IMG/VR virus record: IMGVR_UViG_3300045988_062793
Source: a virus
Reading direction: 5' to 3' (one strand)
Length of the DNA: 64,000 bases
Shown here: one piece after another, positions 54,878-64,000 of the stretch
Layout of the letters: each line of letters starts with the position of its first letter
Numbering within the stretch: position 1 is the stretch's first letter
Made by a program: the position numbers and the translations under genes
Notes under the pieces: generated by a model
The model's database searches: none
Seen by the model: the letters and a program-made list of their open reading frames with translations, nothing else
Told to the model about the DNA's origin: nothing

Positions 54878-56245
54878 ATGAAGTTATCTAAGAGTAAAAG
54901 AGCCAATGTAAATTATTTGGCGAAGATTGTAGACATTAAAAATTTCAGAGCGCATAGTAATCCAGAAGTTACTAGACTTAAGTGTTGTACCATTGATGGT
55001 TTCAATATCATTACTGGGATTGATTCTCAGCCAGGACTATATGTATATTTTCCAACGGCTTGTTGTATAAATCCAGATTTTCTGAGATATTGTAATCTTT
55101 ATCGTCATAAAGAATTAAACAATGACCCAGAACAAACTGGTATGTTTGAGGATAATGGTAGAGTAAAAGCTATCAGATTAAAGAATGAGCTGTCTGAAGG
55201 TTTTATTCTTCCAGTAGTCCAGTTTCAGAACTATATAATGTCTGTGACTAATAAGGAGATTGAAGTTGAAGAAGGTATTGAATTTGATATTGTAGAACAT
55301 GAAGGCAAAGAATTTTGGATTAACAAAAAGTACATTCCCAAGAGACAACAGGGACAAGGGGGAACTCCACGTAACAACCAAACGAAGAAAGTCAAAGGAA
55401 TCAGCAAGGTTATTGATGAACAGTTTAGATTCCACTACGACACAACTCTTATTAAGAAATGTCCTAATGTAATTCATCCTAATGACTTAATTAGTATTAC
55501 TGAGAAAATACATGGTACTTCTGGTATTTCAGCATATGTTTTGTGTAAGCAAGACCTAGATTGGAAACAGAAGATTGCTAAATGGTTGACAGGAGAAGAG
55601 TTTAATAAGTATGACTATCTCTATGCCTCTAGAACTGTAATTAAGAATCAGTTCTATAACAAAAATGTTACTCCAGGATTCTACGGATGTGATGTTTGGG
55701 CAGAGGCTGATAAAATAGTAAAGCCTTGTTTGTCTAAAGGCATGACAGCATATTATGAGATAGTAGGATTCTTACCGAATGGTGGTTATATCCAAAAGAA
55801 CTATGATTATGGATGTATGCCTCCTAAAGAAGGAGAAGCATATACTCCAGAGAAACACTTTAAGGTTCGTATCTATCGAGTAACTATAACTAATGTTGAT
55901 GGAGTTGTTCACGAGTTTTCTGCTCGTGAAGTTCAACAATGGTGTGCCAAGGTTGGGCTTACCCCAGTGGAAGAATGGTATTATGGAACTGCAAAAGCTC
56001 TATATCCAGAACTTAATGAGTCTGAACATTGGAACGAAAACTTTATGGAGAAGTTAGCAAATGATACTCAGTTCTATATGGAACGTACTTCTCCGTCTTG
56101 CGATAATAAAGTACCTCATGAGGGTATTGTTATCAAAATAGAGAATATGAAATCAGAGGCTTTCAAATTGAAATGCTTTAAATTCCTGGATAAAGAAGGA
56201 AAGGAGTTAGATAAGGGAGAGTCTAATATTGAGGATGAAAATTAA
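54878..56245 (+). CDS. ATP-dependent RNA ligase, Rnl2-like nucleotidyltransferase
   Basis: Motif I TEKIHGTSG (KxHG), motif IV HEGIVIKIE (EGxVxK), motif V-like FKLKCFKF; 455 aa. Confidence 0.6.
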   Translation: MKLSKSKRANVNYLAKIVDIKNFRAHSNPEVTRLKCCTIDGFNIITGIDSQPGLYVYFPTACCINPDFLRYCNLYRHKELNNDPEQTGMFEDNGRVKAIRLKNELSEGFILPVVQFQNYIMSVTNKEIEVEEGIEFDIVEHEGKEFWINKKYIPKRQQGQGGTPRNNQTKKVKGISKVIDEQFRFHYDTTLIKKCPNVIHPNDLISITEKIHGTSGISAYVLCKQDLDWKQKIAKWLTGEEFNKYDYLYASRTVIKNQFYNKNVTPGFYGCDVWAEADKIVKPCLSKGMTAYYEIVGFLPNGGYIQKNYDYGCMPPKEGEAYTPEKHFKVRIYRVTITNVDGVVHEFSAREVQQWCAKVGLTPVEEWYYGTAKALYPELNESEHWNENFMEKLANDTQFYMERTSPSCDNKVPHEGIVIKIENMKSEAFKLKCFKFLDKEGKELDKGESNIEDEN

Positions 56246-56248
56246 ATT

Positions 56249-56536
56249 ATGCATAATATAACAGTAACTTATGAAACAGTAGTAACAAAGAAGTTATCTC
56301 TTGATATTGATCAGGTTATTGATTTAGTGGTCGAAGATACTAAGAAGGATGCTGATGGAGAGGAAATGAGCTTATTCGATCTGCAATGTGTCTTTGGAGA
56401 TAACATGAATTATTATCTTGAGAAGTTAGGTTTGATAAAAGACTCAGAGGAGCTGTCAGACTATGCAGAAGATGAGATATTTGAAGAATTTACTAGTAGA
56501 ATAATAGAAAGATATCCAGGATTAGATGTACTTTAA
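56249..56536 (+). CDS. Hypothetical acidic protein (95 aa)
   Basis: ORF track. Confidence 0.4.
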   Translation: MHNITVTYETVVTKKLSLDIDQVIDLVVEDTKKDADGEEMSLFDLQCVFGDNMNYYLEKLGLIKDSEELSDYAEDEIFEEFTSRIIERYPGLDVL

Positions 56537-57119
56537 GGAATATTTATTTGGCAGAAAATATGGAAGTCTGAGATATCGGGTTTCCTATTTCTTTCATAGT
56601 AAAATTCCATTTATCTCTCCAGGGTGGAATGAGTATAAGAATCCCTGGTATCACTGGTGGGAAGTTCGAGAATATTTCAAACGTCCAAAGGCTCACTTTC
56701 TCTTTAGAAAGAAGTTTTGGACGTTTGGGCTTCCAGCTCGAAGAGACTACTACAATCCAGTAATTGATATAGGATTTCACGCACTTGGATGGAAAGATAA
56801 GTGGGATAGTCCTAGGCACGAGTGGGACCCTATGATTTGTATAACATTTTTCAGAACTTGGCATTTGTTATGGATATTTAACTGGGCAGTTAAAGAAGAA
56901 AAGAATAGTATTACAAAGAGCATGGCTACTTGGGAAGCTATCTTAGATTATTCCTATTATAACAAGACTATAGACCAAGCTATCGACAACCATGTTTGGA
57001 GTTATGAAGAGGATGGTGAAAAGAAATATATAACTATTATTTCTAATATGACTAAAAAAGGATTAAAAGAATATGAACCCAAACACGCTGAAGAAAATAC
57101 AGAGGTTGAAGAATGGTGA
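56526..57119 (+). CDS. Hypothetical Trp/His-rich protein (197 aa)
   Basis: ORF track. Confidence 0.45.
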   Translation: MYFKEYLFGRKYGSLRYRVSYFFHSKIPFISPGWNEYKNPWYHWWEVREYFKRPKAHFLFRKKFWTFGLPARRDYYNPVIDIGFHALGWKDKWDSPRHEWDPMICITFFRTWHLLWIFNWAVKEEKNSITKSMATWEAILDYSYYNKTIDQAIDNHVWSYEEDGEKKYITIISNMTKKGLKEYEPKHAEENTEVEEW

Positions 57120-57369
57120 GTCTTTTGTTACAAGCGAACCAGGAAATTCAATGCTACCTATGTATAAGAGTAATGAGAAACATCTTGTCACGCCTATAAC
57201 TTGGCAAGAATGTAATATTGGAGATGTTGTATTCTGTAAGGTTAGAGGTTCATGTTTTACTCACAAGGTATACTCAGTAGACCCTAACAGAGGATGTCTG
57301 ATTGGAAACAATAAAGGACATATGAATGGATGGACTAAGAATGTTTATGGTTTAGCGCACAAATTATGA
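57073..57369 (+). CDS. Hypothetical protein (98 aa)
   Basis: ORF track. Confidence 0.4.
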   Translation: MNPNTLKKIQRLKNGESFVTSEPGNSMLPMYKSNEKHLVTPITWQECNIGDVVFCKVRGSCFTHKVYSVDPNRGCLIGNNKGHMNGWTKNVYGLAHKL

Positions 57370-58061
57370 AAATATGTATTTTAAGTGACTTGCATGGATT
57401 TCTAATTGATGATATTCAACCATGCGAGCTAGTATTAATCTGTGGAGATATTGTTCCATTAAGGATGCAAAGGAATAAACCACAGTGTGAGAAGTGGTTA
57501 AAGACAGAATTTGCTGATTGGATAAAATCTCTTCCATGTGAAAAAGTCGTATTTGTAGCTGGAAATCACGACTTTGTGTTTGAGAATAGAGAATTTATGT
57601 GGGTAAATTCTATAATTACATTTCCTACTGAAGGGAAAGCAGTATACCTAGATAATTCTCACTTTGATTATCTAAGTAATGATGGAAAGGTATACAGAAT
57701 ATATGGAACTCCAGCCTGCCATATATTTGGTAACTGGGCATTTATGTATTCTGACGAAAAGCTAAAAGAGTTGTACCAAAATATTCCAGGAAATTGTGAC
57801 ATACTGATTAGTCATGATGCTCCTAAATTGAATAATTGTGGTTTAGTACCTCCTAATATGTGGCACTCAACTCCTGTTGATGCTGGAAATGAAGTTTTGG
57901 CTTCTGCTATTCTAGATAAGAAACCAAAATATGCTTTTTGTGGTCATATTCATGAAGGAAATCATCAGTTAACAGACATTGGAGCGACTAAAATTGCTAA
58001 TGTGTCTATTCTTGATGATGCTTATGACATTTCTTATGAACCATTATATCTGGATATTTAA
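57366..58061 (+). CDS. Calcineurin-like metallophosphoesterase (second copy)
   Basis: SDLHG, CGDIVP, GNHD and GHIHEG motifs. Confidence 0.6.
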   Translation: MKICILSDLHGFLIDDIQPCELVLICGDIVPLRMQRNKPQCEKWLKTEFADWIKSLPCEKVVFVAGNHDFVFENREFMWVNSIITFPTEGKAVYLDNSHFDYLSNDGKVYRIYGTPACHIFGNWAFMYSDEKLKELYQNIPGNCDILISHDAPKLNNCGLVPPNMWHSTPVDAGNEVLASAILDKKPKYAFCGHIHEGNHQLTDIGATKIANVSILDDAYDISYEPLYLDI

Positions 58062-58198
58062 TAGCATCCTCCTATATATTCTTGGAGGGTCAATATTATC
58101 ATTAATAATAATTGAAATTTATGAGATAGTAAAGGAAGAAACTAATTTCCTTAAAACCTACGGGTCTAGATTCATTTGTAATATCAAAAATTAATCAA

Positions 58199-58441
58199 AT
58201 GGAACAAGCTGTATTTCAGAGAATGTTGGGAGAATTTAATGAAGTCAATGAACGTGCTAACAAACTTAGAGAATTTATTTTGAGCGATAAGAGCAAAGAA
58301 GTAGATAATCTGAATCGTGATTTGTTAATTGCCCAACTAAAAGCAATGGAAGCATATGTATCTGTACTATCAATTCGTATAGGACTTAATGCTCCGAAAG
58401 ATGAAATTTCAGAGGCCAAGGTTGTGAAAGAAGGTGAGTAA
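58199..58441 (+). CDS. Hypothetical protein (80 aa)
   Basis: ORF track. Confidence 0.4.
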   Translation: MEQAVFQRMLGEFNEVNERANKLREFILSDKSKEVDNLNRDLLIAQLKAMEAYVSVLSIRIGLNAPKDEISEAKVVKEGE

Positions 58442-59279
58442 GAAAATCATTTTCACCGACCGCTCGGATTCATTATTGACTAGTTACCTCAAAGATATAT
58501 CCAAATATAAAATATTGGATAGTGATGAGGTAACTCGTCTTATTTGTGAAGCCCAAAAGGGAGATGATGTTGCTAGAGAGCAGGTTATAAAATCTAATTT
58601 AAGATTCGTTGTAACTATTGCTAAGCAATTTCAAAACAGAGGTATTCCTTTGATGGATTTAATCTCTAGTGGAAATGAAGGTTTAATGAAAGCTATTGAT
58701 AAGTTTGACCCAGAAAGAGGTGTCACATTCTTGTCATATGCTGTATGGTGGATTAGACAAAGTATCTATAATTCTATATATTGGCAAGCACGAGAAATTC
58801 GTCTTCCAATGTCTCAGCAATTATTGGTAATAAGTATACTCGATGCAACTAATAAATTCTTGCAATCGCATGATAGAAATCCAAGTTCCGAAGAAATATC
58901 AGAAATGACTGATATTCCTAGGGAGCAAATTGACTATCTAGCACAGTTTTCTAATAAGTTAGTTTCTGTGGACGATTTCATAGGAGGAGATGAAGAAAAC
59001 AGTCAAGTCTGTGATATTATTCCAGATGGTGAAGACCCCCTTGATGAACAAGTAAATAAAAGCTATGTAACTAAAGAGCTAGAGAATCTACTTTCTAAAT
59101 TAACAATTAGAGAGCACGATTTAATCTGTATGTTATTTGGTATAGGAATGGCTCCTGTCAATCCTAAAATTATAGCTGATATGTACGGTGTTGGAGGAGA
59201 AAGAATAAGACAGATGAAAGAGGGAGCTTTAGCTAAATTAAGACGTAGATTTTCTAATCAACTTAAAAATTTAATGTAA
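58434..59279 (+). CDS. RNA polymerase sigma-70 family factor
   Basis: Region 2 DLISSGNEGLMKAIDKFDPERGVTFLSYAVWWIRQSI and region 4 HTH ADMYGVGGERIRQMKEGALAKLRR. Confidence 0.85.
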   Translation: MSKKIIFTDRSDSLLTSYLKDISKYKILDSDEVTRLICEAQKGDDVAREQVIKSNLRFVVTIAKQFQNRGIPLMDLISSGNEGLMKAIDKFDPERGVTFLSYAVWWIRQSIYNSIYWQAREIRLPMSQQLLVISILDATNKFLQSHDRNPSSEEISEMTDIPREQIDYLAQFSNKLVSVDDFIGGDEENSQVCDIIPDGEDPLDEQVNKSYVTKELENLLSKLTIREHDLICMLFGIGMAPVNPKIIADMYGVGGERIRQMKEGALAKLRRRFSNQLKNLM

Positions 59280-59602
59280 TGAAATTCGGAGAAATATTGT
59301 CTAAGTTACAAGAGGGAAAAGTAGTAAGAAGGAAAGTATTTCAGAGCAATCTGGTAATATTTATGCAGATACCTGCAATGATTTCTGGAGATGGAATACC
59401 TGCTATGCGTTCTATCCCTGATGATATGAAAGCTCTTATGTGTAGTTACGGTGTAGGTATTACATACCATGACCAGTTTATCATGTATGACTTTTCTGAT
59501 AGGACTTGTACTTACTATCCTTTTGATGGTGAAGATATAAACGCAGATGATTGGGAAGTAGTTGATCCTTTAACTTATGACCCATATGACGACTTTAGAT
59601 AA
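59279..59602 (+). CDS. Hypothetical protein (107 aa)
   Basis: ORF track. Confidence 0.4.
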   Translation: MKFGEILSKLQEGKVVRRKVFQSNLVIFMQIPAMISGDGIPAMRSIPDDMKALMCSYGVGITYHDQFIMYDFSDRTCTYYPFDGEDINADDWEVVDPLTYDPYDDFR

Positions 59603-59837
59603 CTATCCAATGGGTGCAGCTAATGACCCTAGAGCACCTTACAATGAACCACTACCTACTAAGGTTAAGGTAGAAGTAGGAGTTGAATTAGGGTTATTCG
59701 TAGATGTAGAAGTAATAGATGAAGATGATATTAAAGGTGCAGTTGAAGAAGCTATTTATAATAGGTTCAAATCCAAAGATGTTGAAATAAATAACATCGA
59801 AATCTATCAACATGATTTATTTAGTAAGTCGGAATAA
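59577..59837 (+). CDS. Hypothetical acidic protein (86 aa)
   Basis: ORF track. Confidence 0.4.
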   Translation: MTHMTTLDNYPMGAANDPRAPYNEPLPTKVKVEVGVELGLFVDVEVIDEDDIKGAVEEAIYNRFKSKDVEINNIEIYQHDLFSKSE

Positions 59838-62001
59838 AACTTTATTTGTGTCTACAAAATACAAAGAAGTAAGTTTCGAGGAGGCAATGAAAATATTGTT
59901 GCCTCTTTCTTTAGTTCAATTTGATACTGAAACTAAGGGATTAGATGCGCATACTAAGGAGTTACTAACTGTGCAACTAGGTTGCAAAGAAAATCAAGTT
60001 GTCTTTGACTGGACAACTATGTCAGCAGAAGAGAAAGCTGAGATAAAGAATTATTTTGAGTCTGATAGAGTATTTCTTGGATGGAATTTAATGTTTGACT
60101 TAGGGTTTTTATATGTGCAGGATATTTGGCCAAATTATATCTGGGATGGTATGATTGCCGAGAAATTACTTTGGTTAGGCTATCCAGCTAATATAAGAGA
60201 AATGAGTTTGAAAGCAGCTGCATGGAATTATCTAAACTATGACTTAGATAAATCTGTTCGAGGTAAGATTATAAATGATGGTCTTACTGAAGATGTAGTA
60301 GTCTATGCTGCAGGAGACGTAATGTGGCTAGAAGACATTAAAGAAAAACAAGAAATAGAGCTTGCTAAGCAAGAATTAAATCTTGCTATGAAACTTGAGT
60401 GTGAGTTTATCAAGAGTCTTGCTTATTTCAAGCATTGCGGTGTTCATCTAGATGTCGTAAAATGGAGAAATAAGATGGCTAAAGACCTTGTTAAGCTGAA
60501 GGATGCTGAGCAAGAACTAAACGATTGGGTAGTTCAATGGGATTCTGAAAAGAGACATGAGCATGATGGATGGGATATTAAATACCCAGAACTGGAATTT
60601 TATAATCTTATGGAAATAGAGGATGAAGTAGCTAGACTGCTAAAAGAGAAATATGTCCGATGCCCTCAGGAAGACCTTGAAACACCAGACGGAAAGGTTA
60701 AAGCTTATAGAAAAAGAGTAATAAGTCAATTTACTAAGGTAGATAATCAAGGTGATTTATTTAATGGCTTTGATACCAAGCCTAAGTGCACAATTAACTG
60801 GAGTAGCTCTCAACAAGTTATCAAGTTATTTGAATTATTAGGAATTAAAGTCAAGACATTTGATAAGCAAACTAAGAAGGAAAAGAAATCTGTTGAAGCT
60901 AAGCTTCTAGCTCCACAGGCTAAAGATTTCCCGATTATTCCTATCTATCTAAAATATCAGGAAGCTGCAAAAGTGGTTTCTACTTATGGGGAAAACTGGT
61001 TGAAGGCAATTAACCCTAAGACTGGAAGAATCCATGTAGATTTTCACTCACTAGGAGCTGATACAGCTAGAGTAAGTTCTGGAGGAGGAGTATATAAACT
61101 TAATCTACAGAATTTACCTCATGACAAGGAAACTAGAGCATGTTTTACTGCAGAGAAAGGTAATAAGTGGATTTCTGCGGATTATCAGTCTCAAGAAAGT
61201 AGAATCATTGCTTCTGTATCTAAGGACGAGGCTATGATTGAACTATTTGAACATGGCTGTGGGGATGTTCATAGTCTAGTAGCTAAAATGTCTTATCCGA
61301 ATATTATCCCTAGAGACTGCCCTATAGAGGATATAGCTAAATTATATCATGCCCAAAGACAGGATGCTAAAGGTATTGAATTTGCCATCAATTATGGAGG
61401 CGATGCAAATACTATAGCTAATAACAAGGGTCTACCGTTGTCAGAAGCTCAAGAAATCTATGATAACTTTATGAAGGGTTTCCCTGGAGTAAAACAGTAT
61501 CAAGATTATTGTAGAATGGCGGTAATGAGGGATGGTTATATTTTGTTAAATCCTATAACTAAGCATAGAGCACATATATATGATATTGATGACCTCTGGC
61601 GGATTTCTAAGAAGTTCAATGACCCAGAGTTCTGGGATTATTACAGAGAAATGAAGAGAGATTCTCCTGGCTGTGATACCGTCCAAGACGTTAAGAGATA
61701 TTTTCAGAGAAAAGCAGCATCTGAAAAGCAGTCTATCAATTATCGTATTCAGAACAGGGGAGCAATGTGTTTTAAACTTTCCTCTATTAAACTATTTAAT
61801 TGGATTAAGGAGCATAAGCTTCTTAACATTGTTAAGATGTGTGTTCCAGTCCATGACGAGTTTAATCTAGAATGCCCAGAATCTATTGCCGATGAAGTAT
61901 CTAAGGTATTAGTTAAATGTATGATAGATGGAGGGAAACCATTCTGTCCTAATGTATTTTTAGGTGCAGATGTTACTGTATCAGATCATTGGATTCATTA
62001 A
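59812..62001 (+). CDS. polA: DNA polymerase I (family A) with 3'-5' exonuclease domain
   Basis: Exo I LVQFDTETKGLD; Pol motif A ISADYQSQESRI, motif B RQDAKGIEFAINYG, motif C PVHDEF. Confidence 0.85.
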   Translation: MIYLVSRNKTLFVSTKYKEVSFEEAMKILLPLSLVQFDTETKGLDAHTKELLTVQLGCKENQVVFDWTTMSAEEKAEIKNYFESDRVFLGWNLMFDLGFLYVQDIWPNYIWDGMIAEKLLWLGYPANIREMSLKAAAWNYLNYDLDKSVRGKIINDGLTEDVVVYAAGDVMWLEDIKEKQEIELAKQELNLAMKLECEFIKSLAYFKHCGVHLDVVKWRNKMAKDLVKLKDAEQELNDWVVQWDSEKRHEHDGWDIKYPELEFYNLMEIEDEVARLLKEKYVRCPQEDLETPDGKVKAYRKRVISQFTKVDNQGDLFNGFDTKPKCTINWSSSQQVIKLFELLGIKVKTFDKQTKKEKKSVEAKLLAPQAKDFPIIPIYLKYQEAAKVVSTYGENWLKAINPKTGRIHVDFHSLGADTARVSSGGGVYKLNLQNLPHDKETRACFTAEKGNKWISADYQSQESRIIASVSKDEAMIELFEHGCGDVHSLVAKMSYPNIIPRDCPIEDIAKLYHAQRQDAKGIEFAINYGGDANTIANNKGLPLSEAQEIYDNFMKGFPGVKQYQDYCRMAVMRDGYILLNPITKHRAHIYDIDDLWRISKKFNDPEFWDYYREMKRDSPGCDTVQDVKRYFQRKAASEKQSINYRIQNRGAMCFKLSSIKLFNWIKEHKLLNIVKMCVPVHDEFNLECPESIADEVSKVLVKCMIDGGKPFCPNVFLGADVTVSDHWIH

Positions 62002-62126
62002 CGAATAAGGGGCTATAGTAGTGATGCCAAACCTGAGCCCCCTTGGCCTACTAACAGTGCCTACAGTCCAAGGCGTAATGCTGAGAGCGCAGTTAGGGCA
62101 TCATTTTTAATTAAATATAGTAGTGT

Positions 62127-62408
62127 ATGAAAAAATTATTTGGTTTATTGTTAATAGCAATTATTGCTTTAAGTTCTTGTGCAGACAGCAAGACTTTTGA
62201 GAGAGCTGATGGAACTAAGTTTGTAGCTGAACCTTATGGTTGGGCTAACTACCAATCTAATAAGATTGAAGGAGTAACATATGAAGCATGTTTTGAGAAC
62301 ATTGTTTGGGATATTGTTGCTATAGAAACCGTAATTGTTCCAGTATGGTTAACTGGCTGGGAACTGTACGAACCAGTTTCTTATACTGAACCAAGTGTTA
62401 CTAAGTAA
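62127..62408 (+). CDS. Small lipoprotein (93 aa)
   Basis: MKKLFGLLLIAIIALSSCADS is a lipoprotein signal with a lipobox. Confidence 0.5.
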   Translation: MKKLFGLLLIAIIALSSCADSKTFERADGTKFVAEPYGWANYQSNKIEGVTYEACFENIVWDIVAIETVIVPVWLTGWELYEPVSYTEPSVTK

Positions 62409-62555
62409 TTATGGATACTTATACACCAATGAGAGCTATGATTGTCTGTGCTAATGGCACAGGCGATTATATAAAGAAAGAGGATGCTATTAAGGCTTTG
62501 CAAAATATCTTTAAGGAAGATTCCTCTAAGATAATAGAAGCCTTTTTAAAAGAAT

Positions 62556-63038
62556 TTGATTAACATTATGAAGGTAATCTTTTTAGATATTGATGGAGTA
62601 TTGAATAGTAATGATTGGTATGTTAAGACTCGTGGTATCGGAGGATACAATGGAGGAGACGTTGACCCAAAATGTATCGAGCTTATAAATGACTTAATAG
62701 ATGCCACTGGTGCTAAAATAATTATGTCCTCATCATGGAGGTCTGACTATGAAAACTCTTGCGAGTATTTGTATGACAATGGCTTATACTGTGATGCAAT
62801 TATAGGAAAGACTCCTCACTTCTGTTATACTTGCCAGAATGATGACATCAGAAGTACACTTTGTAGAGGGAACGAAATACAATACGTATTAGAGTCAAAA
62901 GATATAACTAGCTACGTTATCTTCGATGACGATCAGGATATGCTATACTCCCAAAAGGATAATTTTATCCATATAGATTATATGCATGGTATTACGAAAG
63001 AACATATTGAGCAAGCAATTAAAATATTAAATAAATGA
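62556..63038 (+). CDS. HAD-superfamily hydrolase (phosphatase-like)
   Basis: Motif I VIFLDIDGVLN (DxDGV). Confidence 0.45.
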   Translation: MINIMKVIFLDIDGVLNSNDWYVKTRGIGGYNGGDVDPKCIELINDLIDATGAKIIMSSSWRSDYENSCEYLYDNGLYCDAIIGKTPHFCYTCQNDDIRSTLCRGNEIQYVLESKDITSYVIFDDDQDMLYSQKDNFIHIDYMHGITKEHIEQAIKILNK

Positions 63039-63259
63039 CTGTAGATTTTATAACAACAGAAGCATTAACTGATGACCAAATTCTTAAATGTTTTGGTGAG
63101 ACGTTACTATATGGGGAAGGTAAATTTATTGAAAATGACTTCTTTGAATCCATTGAAGGTTCTCTAGATGTCTATGGGTCATGCATGACAGAATCCTCAA
63201 AAGGAGAAGTTATTAAACAATTAAAGGTACTACTAACTAAACTAATAGAAGAATTATGA
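63035..63259 (+). CDS. Hypothetical protein (74 aa)
   Basis: ORF track. Confidence 0.4.
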   Translation: MTVDFITTEALTDDQILKCFGETLLYGEGKFIENDFFESIEGSLDVYGSCMTESSKGEVIKQLKVLLTKLIEEL

Positions 63260-63657
63260 GTAGTTATTTAAATATTTATGGTATTCCTAAAGAAGGAGAT
63301 AAGCCAATAGAAATTGTAAGTTTCAGTAGGTCTCATTGTGTATACAGAGCGATATGTGATGAAATAAATATTGCTTGGGCTGGAAACAGTGATGTCTATA
63401 CTAATCTCACCACTGAAATGATAGACCAGGTAGTCAGAAGCATAGAGGAAGACTTAAAGAGTTGCACGAGTAGGCTTCAAATCTATGAGAAGTACGCTTC
63501 GCAAAACTCTGAATATATCCATGAAATTATAAGCCTACAAGAGTATATTGAAGAGCTTAATACTACAAAGTCCTATTGTGAAATGATAGGCACAATAGTA
63601 ACGCAATGCTCTCTTTCTCTTTCTGGTTTTAGTAAAATTTGCTGTAATGTATCATGA
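63256..63657 (+). CDS. Hypothetical Cys-containing protein (133 aa)
   Basis: ORF track. Confidence 0.4.
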   Translation: MSSYLNIYGIPKEGDKPIEIVSFSRSHCVYRAICDEINIAWAGNSDVYTNLTTEMIDQVVRSIEEDLKSCTSRLQIYEKYASQNSEYIHEIISLQEYIEELNTTKSYCEMIGTIVTQCSLSLSGFSKICCNVS

Positions 63658-63848
63658 AATTTAAGTTAGAATTTACATTTGATATTTCTGACAGCTCACT
63701 GCTGATAGATGCTAACGATGGTAGAGATGAGGAATATACTAGCCTAGAAGATGTACCGGAGGATACTCTAATGGATGTAGTATATCATTATTTAGATGGG
63801 GTTGTAGAAGGTATGACTTATGATGAAGTAACAATTAAGAAATTATGA
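63654..63848 (+). CDS. Hypothetical acidic protein (64 aa)
   Basis: ORF track. Confidence 0.4.
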   Translation: MKFKLEFTFDISDSSLLIDANDGRDEEYTSLEDVPEDTLMDVVYHYLDGVVEGMTYDEVTIKKL

Positions 63849-64000
63849 AAAGGTTTTTAATTCACGTTAGTACTAGCTGGTGCGGAATGGATGATACATT
63901 CCGTGCTATGGCAGAAAATGATTATGAGTTGGACGAAATAGCTAACCAGTTAGCTTATGAAAACTTCCAATTCTATGATTGCGAGAATGATATTGCTGAG
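63845..64000 (+). CDS. N-terminal fragment of a hypothetical protein continuing past the window end
   Basis: ATG at 63845 with an open frame to the window edge. Confidence 0.35.
   Translation, partial: MKRFLIHVSTSWCGMDDTFRAMAENDYELDEIANQLAYENFQFYDCENDIAE

Noticed and set aside
964-58419. All minus-strand ORFs in the six-frame track (for example 964..1158, 1652..1852, 7761..8375, 23620..24207, 37873..38246, 55178..55477, 56544..56864)
   Set aside because: Each lies entirely inside or antisense to a better-supported + strand gene or tRNA. They have low-complexity or hydrophobic, noncoding-like compositions and no recognisable motifs. The genome is strictly unidirectional here.
62007-62100. 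Hairpins downstream of polA (aagggg...cccctt, ccttgg...ccaagg)
   Set aside because: Stems are short with large loops and lack a clear T-tract, so they are too weak to call as a terminator feature.
1-64000. CRISPR arrays, integrase/transposase genes, prophage attachment sites
   Set aside because: No regularly spaced direct repeats with unique spacers were found, and no recombinase or transposase motifs were recognised. The mobile elements present are homing-endonuclease genes (HNH, GIY-YIG types) in the tRNA array.

Overview
The window looks like a 64 kb stretch of a large, AT-rich (about 35% GC), tRNA-rich bacteriophage genome. All convincing genes are on the + strand, and the minus-strand ORFs in the track overlap + strand genes or tRNAs and look spurious. 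The host is probably an anaerobic member of the Bacteroidota. The supporting evidence is SxxC-type lipoprotein signal peptides, OmpA-family and sigma-70 genes, little sign of Shine-Dalgarno sequences, and an anaerobic class III ribonucleotide reductase. The content is an early/middle replication and nucleotide-metabolism module. It includes a family A DNA polymerase, an SF2 DEAH helicase, a DnaB-like helicase, a Toprim primase, RNase H, an ATP-dependent DNA ligase, NrdD/NrdG, a dUTPase-family enzyme and a sigma-70 factor. No capsid or tail genes were recognised. About 18 tRNA or tRNA-like genes are interspersed with small ORFs and homing-endonuclease-like genes. Accessory features that stand out: (1) an NfeD-like/flotillin (SPFH) gene pair plus a second SPFH lipoprotein and an OmpA-like outer-membrane protein; (2) an NAD+ salvage or reconstitution gene set (NAMPT-like, Prs-like phosphoribosyl pyrophosphokinase, HAD phosphatase, and a distant NadM-type NMN adenylyltransferase); (3) a candidate RNA-repair set (Rnl2-like RNA ligase, 2H phosphoesterase, two metallophosphoesterases, HAD hydrolases); (4) three endonuclease-like genes (GIY-YIG, T5orf172/GIY-YIG-like, and HTH plus PD-(D/E)xK) whose reading frames are interrupted only by in-frame TAG codons (17 in total), while TAG is almost never used as a terminator in the other genes here, which suggests amber suppression or recoding; (5) a tRNA gene apparently split by a roughly 740-nt insertion carrying an HNH endonuclease; (6) a class II (long variable arm) tRNA with a Cys-type GCA anticodon and several degenerate tRNA-like elements; and (7) two roughly 430-470 nt noncoding stretches, one of which looks structured.
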